A DNA stretch of 64,000 nt from Spirochaetota bacterium (GCA_035403545.1 DAONFJ010000008.1:4384-68383); one strand, 5' to 3'. Shown: positions 51,545 through 61,903, numbered from the stretch's first letter. The notes: generated from the letters alone by a model not told the origin. Translations and numbers: made by a program.

Positions 51545-51811
51545 TTGAAGATAGGCATTAAATTCTGCGGAGGCTGCAACCCGTTATTTGACAGGATTGC
51601 AGCCTCGCGAAGAATCAAAGATGAGTTAAGGGAGAAAGCGGAATTTGTTTCTTATGATGATCCGGAAGCTGATATTATACTGGTTTTCATGGGATGCAGC
51701 GCGGCATGCGCTGAAATAAGCGGATTCAGCATGGAAAAAGCAAAAATTATTAACAGTGATTCAGATGCCGATTCTTTCATAATTGAAGTAAAAGGGACTG
51801 CGGGACGGTAA
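51545..51811 (+). CDS. Small four-cysteine protein (KFCGGCNP...MGCSAAC); TTG 51545 likely, 51527 alternative
   Basis: Lies between abfD and cat2; CGGC and GCxxAC motifs. Confidence 0.8.
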   Translation: MKIGIKFCGGCNPLFDRIAASRRIKDELREKAEFVSYDDPEADIILVFMGCSAACAEISGFSMEKAKIINSDSDADSFIIEVKGTAGR

Positions 51812-51852
51812 AATTTAATAAGCACCCGGGTCCGGGATACAGGAGGAAGTTA

Positions 51853-53154
51853 ATGGACTGGAAAGATATTTATAAAAGCAGAGTAGTTACAGCAGATGAA
51901 GCTGTTAAAAAGATAAAGTCAGGGGATAGAGTTGTATTCGGCCATGCTGCGGGAGAACCTAAGGCGCTGGTTGATGCAATGGTAAGAAACGCCTCCTCAT
52001 ATAAAAATGTTGAGATCGTACACATGGTTGCCATGGGAAAAGGGGAATACTGCAATCCGGAATATGCCGGGAATTTTACACACAATGCCCTGTTCGCAGG
52101 CGGGCCCACAAGAAAAGCGATACATGAAGGGCGTGCATTATTTACACCATGTCATTTCAGCAAAATACCTTCATTATTCACGGAGAAGATTCTTCCTGTA
52201 GATGTAATGCTGATGATGCTTTCTCAGCCGGATGAACATGGATACTGTTCTTACGGTGTCTCTGTCGACTATACAAAACCTGCGGCTGAAAGCGCAAAAC
52301 TTGTAATAGCTGAAGTCACACCCCATATGCCGAGAACATTCGGGGAATCCGTTATACATATATCTGAAATCGACTGCATAGTTGAAACTGATTCAAAACC
52401 GGCAGTGCTCAACTCTCCGGAACTTTCAGCTAATGATGAAAAAATCGGCCGCAATATAGCTGAACTTATCAGGGACGGCGACTGCCTGCAGCTCGGTATC
52501 GGAGCGGTACCTGATGCCATCCTTAATTTTCTTACAGACAAGAAGGATCTCGGTATACACAGCGAAATGATTTCTGACGGAGTTGTCAACCTGGTGGAAA
52601 AAGGGATAATCAACTGTTCAAAGAAAAATTTTCACCATGGAAGGATAGTTGTAACATTTCTTATGGGAACAGAAAAGCTTTATAAATTCGTAAACAATAA
52701 TCCGTTAGTCGAAATGTTTCCTGTGAATTACGTAAACAATCCGGCGATAGTTGCGAGGAATGACAATATGGTTTCAGTGAATTCCGCACTTCAGGTCGAT
52801 TTTACCGGACAGGTTGTTTCAGATACTATCGGCTACAAACAGTACAGCGGTACAGGCGGACAGCTTGACTTCGTAAGAGGAGCCGCATGGTCAAACGGCG
52901 GAAGATCAATCCTGGCATTCAGTTCAACTGCGTCAGGAGGAAAACTTTCCCGGATAGTACCTCATATAGATGAAGGTGCTTCAGTGACAACTCCCAGGAC
53001 TGATACCCATTATATAGTTACAGAATACGGTATTGCCGACCTGAGGGGAAAATCCGTGGTAGAACGCGGTAAAGCATTAATAAAGATAGCTCATCCCGAT
53101 TTCAGGGAAGAGCTGGCAAAGAGTTTCTTTGAAATTTACAGGAAGGCCATATAG
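51853..53154 (+). CDS. cat2: 4-hydroxybutyrate CoA-transferase (acetyl-CoA hydrolase/transferase family I)
   Basis: LQLGIGAVPDA, GIHSEMISDG, SGTGGQLDFVRGA, VTEYGIADLRG; next to abfD. Confidence 0.85.
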   Translation: MDWKDIYKSRVVTADEAVKKIKSGDRVVFGHAAGEPKALVDAMVRNASSYKNVEIVHMVAMGKGEYCNPEYAGNFTHNALFAGGPTRKAIHEGRALFTPCHFSKIPSLFTEKILPVDVMLMMLSQPDEHGYCSYGVSVDYTKPAAESAKLVIAEVTPHMPRTFGESVIHISEIDCIVETDSKPAVLNSPELSANDEKIGRNIAELIRDGDCLQLGIGAVPDAILNFLTDKKDLGIHSEMISDGVVNLVEKGIINCSKKNFHHGRIVVTFLMGTEKLYKFVNNNPLVEMFPVNYVNNPAIVARNDNMVSVNSALQVDFTGQVVSDTIGYKQYSGTGGQLDFVRGAAWSNGGRSILAFSSTASGGKLSRIVPHIDEGASVTTPRTDTHYIVTEYGIADLRGKSVVERGKALIKIAHPDFREELAKSFFEIYRKAI

Positions 53155-53300
53155 CTATTCACATGCTGGCGGTTAATATATATTCCCGCCGCGCGGAGCG
53201 CGGCTGGAACCATTACTGACTGTAAAGCAGGGCTTACTGTAAAAAAAATTGCAAGTTTTAAAAGTTTAATAATATATTATATTAATAAAAGGAGTATAGT

Positions 53301-54749
53301 ATGGGAATCAGAAGAATCAGGGAGTACGGCAAAATTCAGCCAGGCATCCCAATGGGTCCATTAACACTCAGGCTTCCATTTATTCACTACAGGTTTGAGA
53401 TTGCAGATTACCTGCAGGGCCTTCTTATGTGTACTGTATGTCTCTCCATTATACCGATTCTAACCGGTAAACTGGGGATGTCATTCGAAGTCGCACTTGC
53501 GATCGTTATACTTAACGGTACACTGTATCTGGCTCATGTAACATTCGGCGATCCGGTAGTCCCCGGATGGGTTACACCTGCTATTCCGCTTCTTGTTGCC
53601 TATTGCGAAACTTTCGCACCAGGTGCAGAGCGGATGCAGGCTCTTATTGCTTTTCAGTTGATGTTTGGTATTTTCTGTGTACTCCTTGGAGTTACAGGAG
53701 TAGCCAAAAAATTTATCGGGCTCATACCGAACGCAGTGCAGTCAGCTGTTCTTCTCGGCGCAGGTTTTGCCGCGATAATTATGATTTTTACACCAGGAAA
53801 AGGACTTAAAAGTTTCGACGCAAATCCATGGACAATTACAATATGTGTCGGTTTAGCGTTTTATCTTCTCTTTTCTGAAAGCTTTAAAATTTTCAAGAAA
53901 AAGCACAAATGGGCATATTACCTTGGAAATCTCGGTATGATGCCGGCTCTTCTTCTTGCAATATTCGTCGGCCCGCTCGTTGGTGAACTTTCATGGCCGG
54001 ATTATGCAGGAGTTACAATATTTTCAAGACCTGACTTTACTACTCTATGGCGTGATTTCACAATACTTGGAAACATACCATTTCCGAGCGTTAAAATGTT
54101 TTTAAGTTCCATTCCGATGGTATTAAGCGCATACATAGTAATATTTGGTGACGTTCTCCAGACTCAGGCACTCCTTGAAGATGCGCAGAAATACAGACCT
54201 GATGAAGATGTTGACTATAATCCGAACAGATCACACATCATTTTCGGTGGAAGAAATATTTTCATGAGTATATTCGGTCCTGACGTTTCTATGTGCGGCC
54301 CTCTATGGGCGGCAATGCAGGTTGTTGTATCTGACCGTTACAAAAACGGCCCTGCTGCAATGGAATCTATCAACTCAGGTGCAGGTTCCTTCAGATGGGG
54401 AACATGGACAGGATATTTCATTGCCCCTATTGTTGCATCAGTTAAACCTATACTCGGAGTAGGGCTTGCTTCTACAATGATGATTCAGGGTTATGTAAGC
54501 GTACGTGTCGGTGTAATGAAATCCAGAGGCTTCAATGACCTTGGGATAGCAGGTGTTGCCGGCGCGATCCTTGCAACAAGAGGAGCAGCATGGGGACTTG
54601 CAGCAGCAATTCTACTTGTAGTTATGCAGTATGCGGGAAGTAAGTGGAAAATGTCTTATACACCTGAAGAAGCTGTATTTCCTCTTGATTCACCTGAAGT
54701 AATTGCAAAAATAGTTGAAGAACATATGAATGCTAATACTCAAAGATAA
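53301..54749 (+). CDS. Polytopic membrane protein, probable permease (DUF3360/NCS2-like)
   Basis: More than ten hydrophobic segments; LPFIHYRFE motif near the N-terminus; RBS AAGGAG. The family is assigned from memory of the motif. Confidence 0.7.
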   Translation: MGIRRIREYGKIQPGIPMGPLTLRLPFIHYRFEIADYLQGLLMCTVCLSIIPILTGKLGMSFEVALAIVILNGTLYLAHVTFGDPVVPGWVTPAIPLLVAYCETFAPGAERMQALIAFQLMFGIFCVLLGVTGVAKKFIGLIPNAVQSAVLLGAGFAAIIMIFTPGKGLKSFDANPWTITICVGLAFYLLFSESFKIFKKKHKWAYYLGNLGMMPALLLAIFVGPLVGELSWPDYAGVTIFSRPDFTTLWRDFTILGNIPFPSVKMFLSSIPMVLSAYIVIFGDVLQTQALLEDAQKYRPDEDVDYNPNRSHIIFGGRNIFMSIFGPDVSMCGPLWAAMQVVVSDRYKNGPAAMESINSGAGSFRWGTWTGYFIAPIVASVKPILGVGLASTMMIQGYVSVRVGVMKSRGFNDLGIAGVAGAILATRGAAWGLAAAILLVVMQYAGSKWKMSYTPEEAVFPLDSPEVIAKIVEEHMNANTQR

Positions 54750-54847
54750 CACCCTTACCAGATGAACTGTCTCCCGTGCAGGTACCATTCTAATAAGTAC
54801 CTGCATGGAGAGATTTAAAAGTTACTAAAAAAACAAGGGGCAATAAA

Positions 54848-55567
54848 ATGGCATACGTTGAAGGGCATCCGAAGGACAAACTTGAAAAAACATTATTCGG
54901 CCAGATGGGATTTACACTGATTTCCGGTATTGCATTAATAGGCATAATGCTGTTTTTTTCTGATGACATTAAAGCCGATCTTTCAGCTGTGCTTACTATT
55001 GTTCTTGTTATTTCAGGCATCATGGGTCTGGTTCTCTACAAATTAAATCCTCTTGGATGGAAGAAGATTTTCAACAGGAAAGAGTTTGATATTTTAATGG
55101 AGCAGGAAATTAAAATAATTGATAAGCTCAAAGAACTTGATGATTCCTATTTTGTTCTTAACGATTTCAGCTTTGAACTATTTCATGTTGAGCATCTTGT
55201 TGTTTCAAAAAATGGTGTTTTTATTATAGGTAAAGTAAGAGAAAAGGGCAAGCTGAGTATTACTGGCAATACCCTCTTTGCCGGAGATAAAAGCCTTGAA
55301 ACTCTCACAGGCACATTGTGGAGGCTTTCACACCTGGTCAATCTGATTACAAAAAAAGGATTCAACGGTGACGAAATTATGCCCAGACCAGTCATTGTAC
55401 TGCCTGATGAATCCAAAGCTTCAATTAAAGAATTTAACGGAATAAGAATAGCAGGCATTGAAGAACTGAACGATGTTATTAAAGGAAAACTCAGGTTTGA
55501 CATAGACCAGGATCTTGCTGAAGGTTTCGCATTCTTCATAAAAGAAAGATATGTGATAAAAAAATAA
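54848..55567 (+). CDS. Membrane-anchored NERD-domain protein
   Basis: Two TMs, then LKELDDSYFVLNDF...VEHLVVSKNGVFII. The usual D of D-H-(L/V)-V is E here. Confidence 0.7.
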   Translation: MAYVEGHPKDKLEKTLFGQMGFTLISGIALIGIMLFFSDDIKADLSAVLTIVLVISGIMGLVLYKLNPLGWKKIFNRKEFDILMEQEIKIIDKLKELDDSYFVLNDFSFELFHVEHLVVSKNGVFIIGKVREKGKLSITGNTLFAGDKSLETLTGTLWRLSHLVNLITKKGFNGDEIMPRPVIVLPDESKASIKEFNGIRIAGIEELNDVIKGKLRFDIDQDLAEGFAFFIKERYVIKK

Positions 55568-55602
55568 ACTTATTCAATTTAACAATGATAAAATCCTCCT
55601 GC

Positions 55603-55643
55603 TGTGTGGTTCCCATCAGGCGCAAACCGGCGGGAGCCGCACA
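55603..55643. terminator. Hairpin after the NERD gene (terminator-like, no U tract)
   Basis: TGTGTGGTTCCC...GGGAGCCGCACA stem with two G-U pairs. Confidence 0.35.
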
Positions 55644-55717
55644 ACAAAATAAAACTGCTTTAATATAAAATCTCAAATGGAAATTCATCAAAAAATACTG
55701 ATTCAGGAGTACAAAAG

Positions 55718-56098
55718 ATGAGGGAAAAAAAATTAAACTTTAGAGAACTTCCTAAACGCATAAGGTCCGGCTTATCGCTTGTAATATTTGCGTGGATCTT
55801 TTTTTTAGTTTCCCACTCGGCATATACAGGGCAGGTCTCATTGGTTCATATTACAATGGGAATGTTAATATGTTTTGCAGTATTATCCCTTAAAAACTGG
55901 GGACGCATTTTAACAGTTGTATATGATACGTTCATGGCTGTAATGATTGGAGTTGAGTTAAACTACCTTGTTCAGACGGGTGTATTCACATCATTAATGC
56001 CTTTCATCATTAAAGGCGGAAGTATTCTGCTTTTTGTAATTTCATCAGCATGTTTCCTTACTCCCGAAGCCAGAGATTTTTACAGGGGAATAAAGTAA
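55718..56098 (+). CDS. Small membrane protein (about four TMs)
   Basis: Hydrophobic 126-aa ORF with RBS AGGAG, ending PEARDFY. Confidence 0.75.
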   Translation: MREKKLNFRELPKRIRSGLSLVIFAWIFFLVSHSAYTGQVSLVHITMGMLICFAVLSLKNWGRILTVVYDTFMAVMIGVELNYLVQTGVFTSLMPFIIKGGSILLFVISSACFLTPEARDFYRGIK

Positions 56099-56451
56099 AT
56101 AATTTAGTATTTTTTAATTTTATTTAACACTCTTTCGGAATATTGAGTATATTGTTACATAATAAAATTTATTCTTATTACGCGTAAGCTGATAACAGGT
56201 AAATTTTCGGATGAAGCAGGATGATATTTTCTAAAAGCTTCTCCGGTAAAAATGAATTAGCTTATGATTCAAAAAAGTATGCTGTCTCCGTAAGGGATAA
56301 AATTGTCTGGCTGTATTGCTGCAGATATTAATTCTGTTTTGTTGAGTAAGTTTTAATGGAGCAGATTGTTTCACTTGTTCGCGATAGCCATGAACTAGTC
56401 ATTTCGGGAACCGCTAGGTATACAATTAATAATTTATACAGGAGTGAACAA

Positions 56452-58482
56452 ATGAAAGGGAACAAATCGATAAAAATAAAACTTATAACAAAACTCCTCC
56501 CGCTGGTAATACTTGGTATCGCCTTTGTTACGTTCATAGCATACAGATACACCAGCAGCTTTATTAAAGACGAGTACAGCAATCAGGTGCTAAAGACAAT
56601 CGTCGAATCATCAACGAATATAAATACATGGCTGAAAGGACGGCTTCTTGAAGTCGAAAGTATTGCCAGCACGCCGGCTGCAAAGAATATAAATAGAGAT
56701 TTTGCGTCTGCGGACAAGATGAATATAGACAGGTTTCTTTATCTTACAAAAAAATATCCCGAAGAATTTGCCGATATTTATGCCGCAAATTCAAATTATG
56801 AATATCATACAGTTAAGAATACTAACGGGGTTATCTCCATGTTTAAGGGAAGCCTCAAAGGGAGAGATTATTACGAGTCTATAATGTCGGGCGGGCCTGC
56901 ACAAATCACTCCTCCACTGATATCCAGAACAACCGGGCTCCCGACTGTTTTTATGGTTGCACCAATACTTGACGGCAATGGCAAACCCCAGGGTTTAGTC
57001 GGAGCCGGAATTCTTCTTAACTATGTCCAGGACGTGGTCAACAAACTCAAACTCGGAAACAGCGGTTACGGCGTGTGCCTTGCAAAAGACGGCCAGTATA
57101 TAGTATACCCGGACAAAACCAAAATTCTGAAAGAGAGCATTCTGCAGTCACAGGATGAGAACATGAAAGCTCTGGGGGAAAAAGTCCTTTCATCTGAATC
57201 CGGAATTCATAAATACACTTTTCAGGGAGTAAAAAAAATTGCATTTTCATCCCGTGTCGCGGTAAACGGCTGGCATATTGCGATAGTCGTTGATGAAAGT
57301 GAATTTTTTTCGCCTGTTACATCCATGCTTATACCTATCACGCTGATATCTTTTTTTATTGCACTGCTTATCGGTGTAATGATAATTTATCTCTCTACGA
57401 CAATTCTTGCCCCAATCAATGATATAGCAGAATTTGCAGACAAACTCTCTGCCGGAGACCTCACAGCAAGAATAGATGAAAAGCATACATTAAATGGAGA
57501 TGAAACAGGCTCACTGTCGGGAAAACTTAACCAGGCAAGTGAAAACCTGGGAAAAATGATTTCCGAGGTATTCAATTCAGCACAGCAGCTCTCCAATTCG
57601 GCAGAGCAGCTCGCAGAGACCAGTTCCAGAATGTCCGAATCCGCCCAGACCCAGGCCGCGGCCGTTGAAGAGGCATCGGCATCACTGGAGGAAATCTCCG
57701 GATCAATAGAAATGATCAACACCAATGCAGGAGAGCAGGCTAAGACTGCTGATGAAAGCTACCGGGCTATGGAAAAGCTTAAAACTGATAATGAAACTGT
57801 AACCGAATATGCGGGCAAAGCTCTTGAAGCTGCCAAAAATACTACCTACCAGGCAAGTACAGGGCAGACCCTTATGCAGAATACAATAGAAGGGATGAAC
57901 AGCATAAATGAAAGCACACAGAAAATTGCCGAGACGGTAAGCTTTATAAGCGACCTGTCTGACAAGGTTAACCTTCTTGCGTTAAACGCGTCGATAGAAG
58001 CTGCCAGGGCCGGTGACCACGGAAAAGGTTTCGCGGTAGTTGCAGAGGAGATATCAAAACTTGCAGACCAGACTGCATCGAGTACCAAAATTATCACGGA
58101 ATTTGTCAACGTCGGGCTTAAGGAAGTCGCCAGGGGAAGAGAATTCGTCGACGCCACGGGTGAAGCATTAAAAAGCATCATCGGCTATATAGCCCAGACC
58201 GAGGATATAGTCAGCCGGATTACAGGTTCTGCCGAGGGACAGGCTATTTCAACCAGAGAGGTGCTTGAACATACTAAAAAAGTTACAGAAATGTCTGAAA
58301 GTATTTCTGTATCGACTAACGAACAGATGATGACAAACCAGGAGATGGCTAAAACCGTTGAACAGATTAATCAGATTACACAGGCCACTGCAGCCGCGGC
58401 TGAAGAAATCGCCGCCAGTGCCGGAGAGATAAGTTCACGCGCGGAGACATTGAGAAATTATATGGAATTATTTAAAGTCTGA
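56452..58482 (+). CDS. Methyl-accepting chemotaxis protein with dCache periplasmic domain and HAMP; start corrected from 56356
   Basis: RBS AGGAG before ATG 56452; RDYY...[11 protein letters not shown] (Cache); GDETGSL (HAMP); [33 protein letters not shown]. Confidence 0.93.
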   Translation: MKGNKSIKIKLITKLLPLVILGIAFVTFIAYRYTSSFIKDEYSNQVLKTIVESSTNINTWLKGRLLEVESIASTPAAKNINRDFASADKMNIDRFLYLTKKYPEEFADIYAANSNYEYHTVKNTNGVISMFKGSLKGRDYYESIMSGGPAQITPPLISRTTGLPTVFMVAPILDGNGKPQGLVGAGILLNYVQDVVNKLKLGNSGYGVCLAKDGQYIVYPDKTKILKESILQSQDENMKALGEKVLSSESGIHKYTFQGVKKIAFSSRVAVNGWHIAIVVDESEFFSPVTSMLIPITLISFFIALLIGVMIIYLSTTILAPINDIAEFADKLSAGDLTARIDEKHTLNGDETGSLSGKLNQASENLGKMISEVFNSAQQLSNSAEQLAETSSRMSESAQTQAAAVEEASASLEEISGSIEMINTNAGEQAKTADESYRAMEKLKTDNETVTEYAGKALEAAKNTTYQASTGQTLMQNTIEGMNSINESTQKIAETVSFISDLSDKVNLLALNASIEAARAGDHGKGFAVVAEEISKLADQTASSTKIITEFVNVGLKEVARGREFVDATGEALKSIIGYIAQTEDIVSRITGSAEGQAISTREVLEHTKKVTEMSESISVSTNEQMMTNQEMAKTVEQINQITQATAAAAEEIAASAGEISSRAETLRNYMELFKV

Positions 58483-58523
58483 AAGCCTCTAACCGGCGTA
58501 ATATAATCAAACCTCCAACATTT

Positions 58524-58557
58524 AACAGCGCCCCGGGAAGATTTCCGGGGCGCTGTT
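58524..58557. terminator. Strong hairpin between convergent genes
   Basis: AACAGCGCCCCGG-GAAGATTT-CCGGGGCGCTGTT, 13-bp stem. Confidence 0.7.
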
Positions 58558-58693
58558 GCTTTCCCGGACTGTATCTTTTTTCAGTCTTATGCTTCTATAA
58601 GTTTATTAAACCTTGTATTACAAGTGCAGTTATAAAAATTAATAATAAATCAGGGATAAGAATAAGCTGTTTAATTAGTAGAAGTATATAGAG

Positions 58694-58981
58694 TTAATAT
58701 TTATATACTTCTACTAATTCACTGACTTCAATAACACCGGGGCCAAAACCAGGCTTCTCTTTTTTCTTAATCAGTTTCGCTTTAATCTTTACTCTTGTCC
58801 CCTGATATTTTTCTCGCAGTTCCTTTGATAAAGGTCCATCTACTTTGTATAGTTCACCATTCTCTGTAGTGAATGCAGTATATGTATGAGGCTCATTCCC
58901 TTTTACAGAAATCACTCCCGTCATCTCCCCCATGCACGATACCAATACAACAAATGCCAGTAGCGGTATTATTCTTTTCAT
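58694..58981 (-). CDS. Small lipoprotein
   Basis: Lipobox LVS-C; starts 2 nt after the M30 peptidase stop. Confidence 0.75.
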   Translation of the reverse strand: MKRIIPLLAFVVLVSCMGEMTGVISVKGNEPHTYTAFTTENGELYKVDGPLSKELREKYQGTRVKIKAKLIKKKEKPGFGPGVIEVSELVEVYKY

Positions 58982-58983
58982 AA

Positions 58984-60795
58984 TTATTTGACTACCACAG
59001 TTAGTTTTACTCCATCCTTCATACGGAATGTTCTTTTTTTAATTCCGCTTCCAGTCGGCTCTTTAACATATATGTTCGATCCCCGGTTCATTGTACCCAG
59101 ATAATAACTATTAAGGCCCGTGGCGGAATAACACCAGGGTTCATATAGCCATGAACTTGTATCATATTGGTATTTATAATTAAACATACTTATTGAGCCA
59201 AGATTATATATAATTGAATTTATAGTGCTGGTCATATAGGAATTGCCATTATTATATTTATATCTGCCCGCTCCTATGCTCCCCGAAAGAACGACAGCAG
59301 CGCCCCAGTTTCTCATAAGATCACCCATTGTAACATCAGGATCACTCCCGTTATTCGCATTAACTGCTTCAACTACATCCCGGTAATCGCCATATACACT
59401 CTTTCCGGAAACGCCCTGAACAATATCTCTAAACAACAGAGCCCCGCTATAATTTCTGGCAAGGTATGCACCAAAAGCATAAGATACCGAGTAGCTTATA
59501 ATAGCGTCATTTCCTGAAAGCCATGCTGTAAGCGGGGCATCATCCCAATAATTAAATAACGGAAGCCTGCCATCTGTATTATTAGTTGAGCCCGTACCAG
59601 GTGTCCCGTAAGCAACACCTCTCGGACCATTAACCTGCAGTTTATCGGCAACAAGATCTTCTGTTACCAGAGAGCACATTTCATTTACCCATGTATCTGT
59701 ATCGGCTACAGCATGTGATACATTTTTCTGATAAAAATGTATCATATGCTGAAATTCATGAGCAAGTGTGGAGATTATCTCTGCAGGCATAGGATCTGTA
59801 ATAGCCCAGGTCCCGGGTGTTGTTGCGAACATAACCGCATCCATATAAAACATTATCTTCTCATTAGAGTAGGATACTTCTGAAGATTTAAAATTATCCT
59901 TTGACCAGAAGAATCCAAGAACACCACCGGTTGTACTATTATCATTATCAATATCATAAAGGAGAATGTGTATATTATTATCTGTAGTGGCAGGAGAAAT
60001 TAAATCTGTATAAGTATGTGTTCCCCACTCCGCGCCATAAATATTTGTCACCCAGTCATAGACATCATTCCCTGTGCCTGAAGCAAGAAATTTCGCCGCC
60101 ATGGTGTTTACCATCGTAGTATCAACTTTGTTAGTCTTTGTACCTCCGGTAATCCAGCAATTATCGGCTACCCATATGTTCAATGTTTTCGTGCCATCAG
60201 TGACAACCGCCCGGCATGTAGCCTGGATTGTATCCGACGTCGATGTATTCATAAAAGTATTAGTACTGGTATTTGCCGTGTAAGCTCTTAAAGGATCTTT
60301 TGCATTGTTATCTATTGTATATGATCTTCTCCTCTCAAAGCCATTTCCAAGACCTGTATGCTTCCATGGATTACTGTTAAATTCAGTTATTTCCGGTTTA
60401 CCTCTCTGAAGAGACTTGCTTAATGTTCCAGATGGTGTGCTTTCTGAAAATAAAGGTTTATCGATTGGAAAATCCTCATCATTCTGATCGATAAAATCTG
60501 CCAGATACGAGGGAGAGGTTGTATCTGCTGAAAGATTTGTATTTGTAAATATATAGTATACAGTCCCGGTATTATATCCCAGATCTATACTATAAGTGAT
60601 TTCTGTATCTCCTGAAGTCTCGACCTTGAATACTTTATCTACTCCGACATATGTATCAGACTTAGTAACCTTAGTATAAGAGGGAGTATCATCACCGCCC
60701 CCACCGCCGCCACAGGCAGTAATAGTGAAAAGCGGCAAAATAATACCGGATATCAATGCTGCACTAAAATAATTTTTAACATTTTTGAATCTCAT
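58984..60795 (-). CDS. Lipoprotein zinc metallopeptidase, M30 (hyicolysin-like)
   Basis: Lipobox ITA-C; GVLGFFWSKD; STLAHEFQHMIHF; WVNEMCS; SYSVSYAFGAYL. Confidence 0.85.
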   Translation of the reverse strand: MRFKNVKNYFSAALISGIILPLFTITACGGGGGGDDTPSYTKVTKSDTYVGVDKVFKVETSGDTEITYSIDLGYNTGTVYYIFTNTNLSADTTSPSYLADFIDQNDEDFPIDKPLFSESTPSGTLSKSLQRGKPEITEFNSNPWKHTGLGNGFERRRSYTIDNNAKDPLRAYTANTSTNTFMNTSTSDTIQATCRAVVTDGTKTLNIWVADNCWITGGTKTNKVDTTMVNTMAAKFLASGTGNDVYDWVTNIYGAEWGTHTYTDLISPATTDNNIHILLYDIDNDNSTTGGVLGFFWSKDNFKSSEVSYSNEKIMFYMDAVMFATTPGTWAITDPMPAEIISTLAHEFQHMIHFYQKNVSHAVADTDTWVNEMCSLVTEDLVADKLQVNGPRGVAYGTPGTGSTNNTDGRLPLFNYWDDAPLTAWLSGNDAIISYSVSYAFGAYLARNYSGALLFRDIVQGVSGKSVYGDYRDVVEAVNANNGSDPDVTMGDLMRNWGAAVVLSGSIGAGRYKYNNGNSYMTSTINSIIYNLGSISMFNYKYQYDTSSWLYEPWCYSATGLNSYYLGTMNRGSNIYVKEPTGSGIKKRTFRMKDGVKLTVVVK

Positions 60796-60946
60796 TACTA
60801 ACTCCTAATAAATTTGCATTAAGAGCGCCATATTCATTTATTATTTTTATATTTTATTCCAAATAACTAAGGCGGCTATCCACCGTCAACATTTTTTGAA
60901 CATTGTGACTAAAATAAAGTATATCAGATTATAATATCTTTTCTTC

Positions 60947-61059
60947 GATACTTTGTAACGGCACAAAGTATCCAAAAGCCGCCATGCCGGTATCCTGATT
61001 TTTTCTATCAGGTTTTATACCGGCATTACCGGAAAATTGGCGTTCCTTAATCGGAACGC
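60947..61059. other. Three consecutive hairpins in an intergenic region
   Basis: GATACTTTGT/ACAAAGTATC (60947-60972); ATGCCGGTAT-CCTGAT/ATCAGG-ATACCGGCAT (60984-61026); GCGTTCC/GGAACGC (61040-61059). Confidence 0.5.
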
Positions 61060-61083
61060 TTCTGTCTAGTTTTGCCTTGTTAG

Positions 61084-61203
61084 TGGCAGCGTAAAGAACT
61101 TGCGGAGATTATTAAAAAAGATTTAACCATCGACGAAATCGCGAAGAAACTCCGCACCAGCCCGGAGACCGTCCGACGGTACATTCAGAAATACGGACTT
61201 TAA
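61084..61203 (+). pseudogene. Startless relic encoding a C-terminal helix-turn-helix
   Basis: WQRKELAEIIKKDLTIDEIAKKLRTSPETVRRYIQKYGL-stop, preceded in frame by TAG 61081. Confidence 0.55.
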
Positions 61204-61206
61204 CCA
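61174..61206 (+). repeat. 33-bp direct repeat, left copy
   Basis: CGACGGTACATTCAGAAATACGGACTTTAACCA; 4 mismatches to 61943-61975. Confidence 0.8.
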
Positions 61207-61248
61207 ACCTTATATTCATTGTTTAAAATTTAATCTTTACTTGACTGA

Positions 61249-61268
61249 ATATCTCATTTTTGAGATAT
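61249..61268. promoter_or_regulatory. TA operator palindrome next to a -35 box
   Basis: ATATCTCA-TTTT-TGAGATAT directly after TTGACT (61241-61246). Confidence 0.65.
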
Positions 61269-61611
61269 ATAAAATACCAAGTAGAATTAACAGAAGAAGC
61301 AGACGAATTCCTTGAATCTTTGCCTCATAAAATGGAAGCGAAGGCCAGAAGAGCTATTGATTTATTAAAAGAATTTGGTTATTTACTTTCGGAACCTCAT
61401 TCAAAGAAATTAAACTCCGTGGGAGATCTGCATGAATTGAGAGCAAAGTTAGGAACTGATACTTGCAGGTTGTTTTATTTTTTCTGGAAAGAAAAAATAT
61501 ATAATAACTTCTGGTTATATGAAAAAAGATAATAAAACAGATGTTAATCAAATCGATAAAGCAGTTAGAATAATGAAAGAATTTAAGGAGCAGGAAGATG
61601 AAAAAAATTAA
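61260..61611 (+). pseudogene. Frameshifted RelE/HigB (Gp49-like) toxin
   Basis: Frame 1 reads ...EPHSKKL...HELRAK...RLFYFFWKEKIY. The family-typical tail IITSGYMKKDNKTDVNQIDKAVRIMKEF continues in the +1 frame from 61501 to TAA 61609-61611. Confidence 0.8.
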
Positions 61612-61903
61612 AACAACAAATTCAGATATATTACTTAAAGAGCGGTTAAAGGATAAAGAATTTAAGAAAGAGTATGATGCTCTTGAAGAGGAATTCCTAA
61701 TCGCTAAAGAAATTATAAAAATGAGAATAGCAGCGAATATGACTCAAAAAGAATTAGCTGAAAAAGCGGGAACGTCTCAATCTGCGATTGCCAGAATTGA
61801 GTCTGGTAGTTACGAAAACTTATCTCTTGCATCTCTGCGTAAAATTGGAAAAGTTTTCGGAGCAAAGCCGGAAATCCATTTTAAAAAAGTTAAGGTGAGT
61901 TAA
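61598..61903 (+). CDS. XRE/HigA-type HTH antitoxin
   Basis: MTQKELAEKAGTSQSAIARIESG; follows the toxin (toxin-first order). Confidence 0.9.
   Translation: MKKIKTTNSDILLKERLKDKEFKKEYDALEEEFLIAKEIIKMRIAANMTQKELAEKAGTSQSAIARIESGSYENLSLASLRKIGKVFGAKPEIHFKKVKVS

Noticed and set aside
53168-53219. Internal sigma54 promoter (TGGAACCATTACTGA) or riboswitch before the permease
   Set aside because: It lacks the -12 GC. The GC hairpins (GGCGG/CCGCC, GCCGCGC/GCGCGGC) match no RNA family I recognise.
55603-55643. c-di-GMP-I riboswitch suggested by GCAAA in the loop
   Set aside because: It is a single hairpin without the GNRA tetraloop/receptor two-stem architecture.
56356-56451. 32-aa N-terminal extension of the dCache MCP
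   Set aside because: An AGGAG RBS precedes ATG 56452, which places TM1 correctly near the N-terminus.
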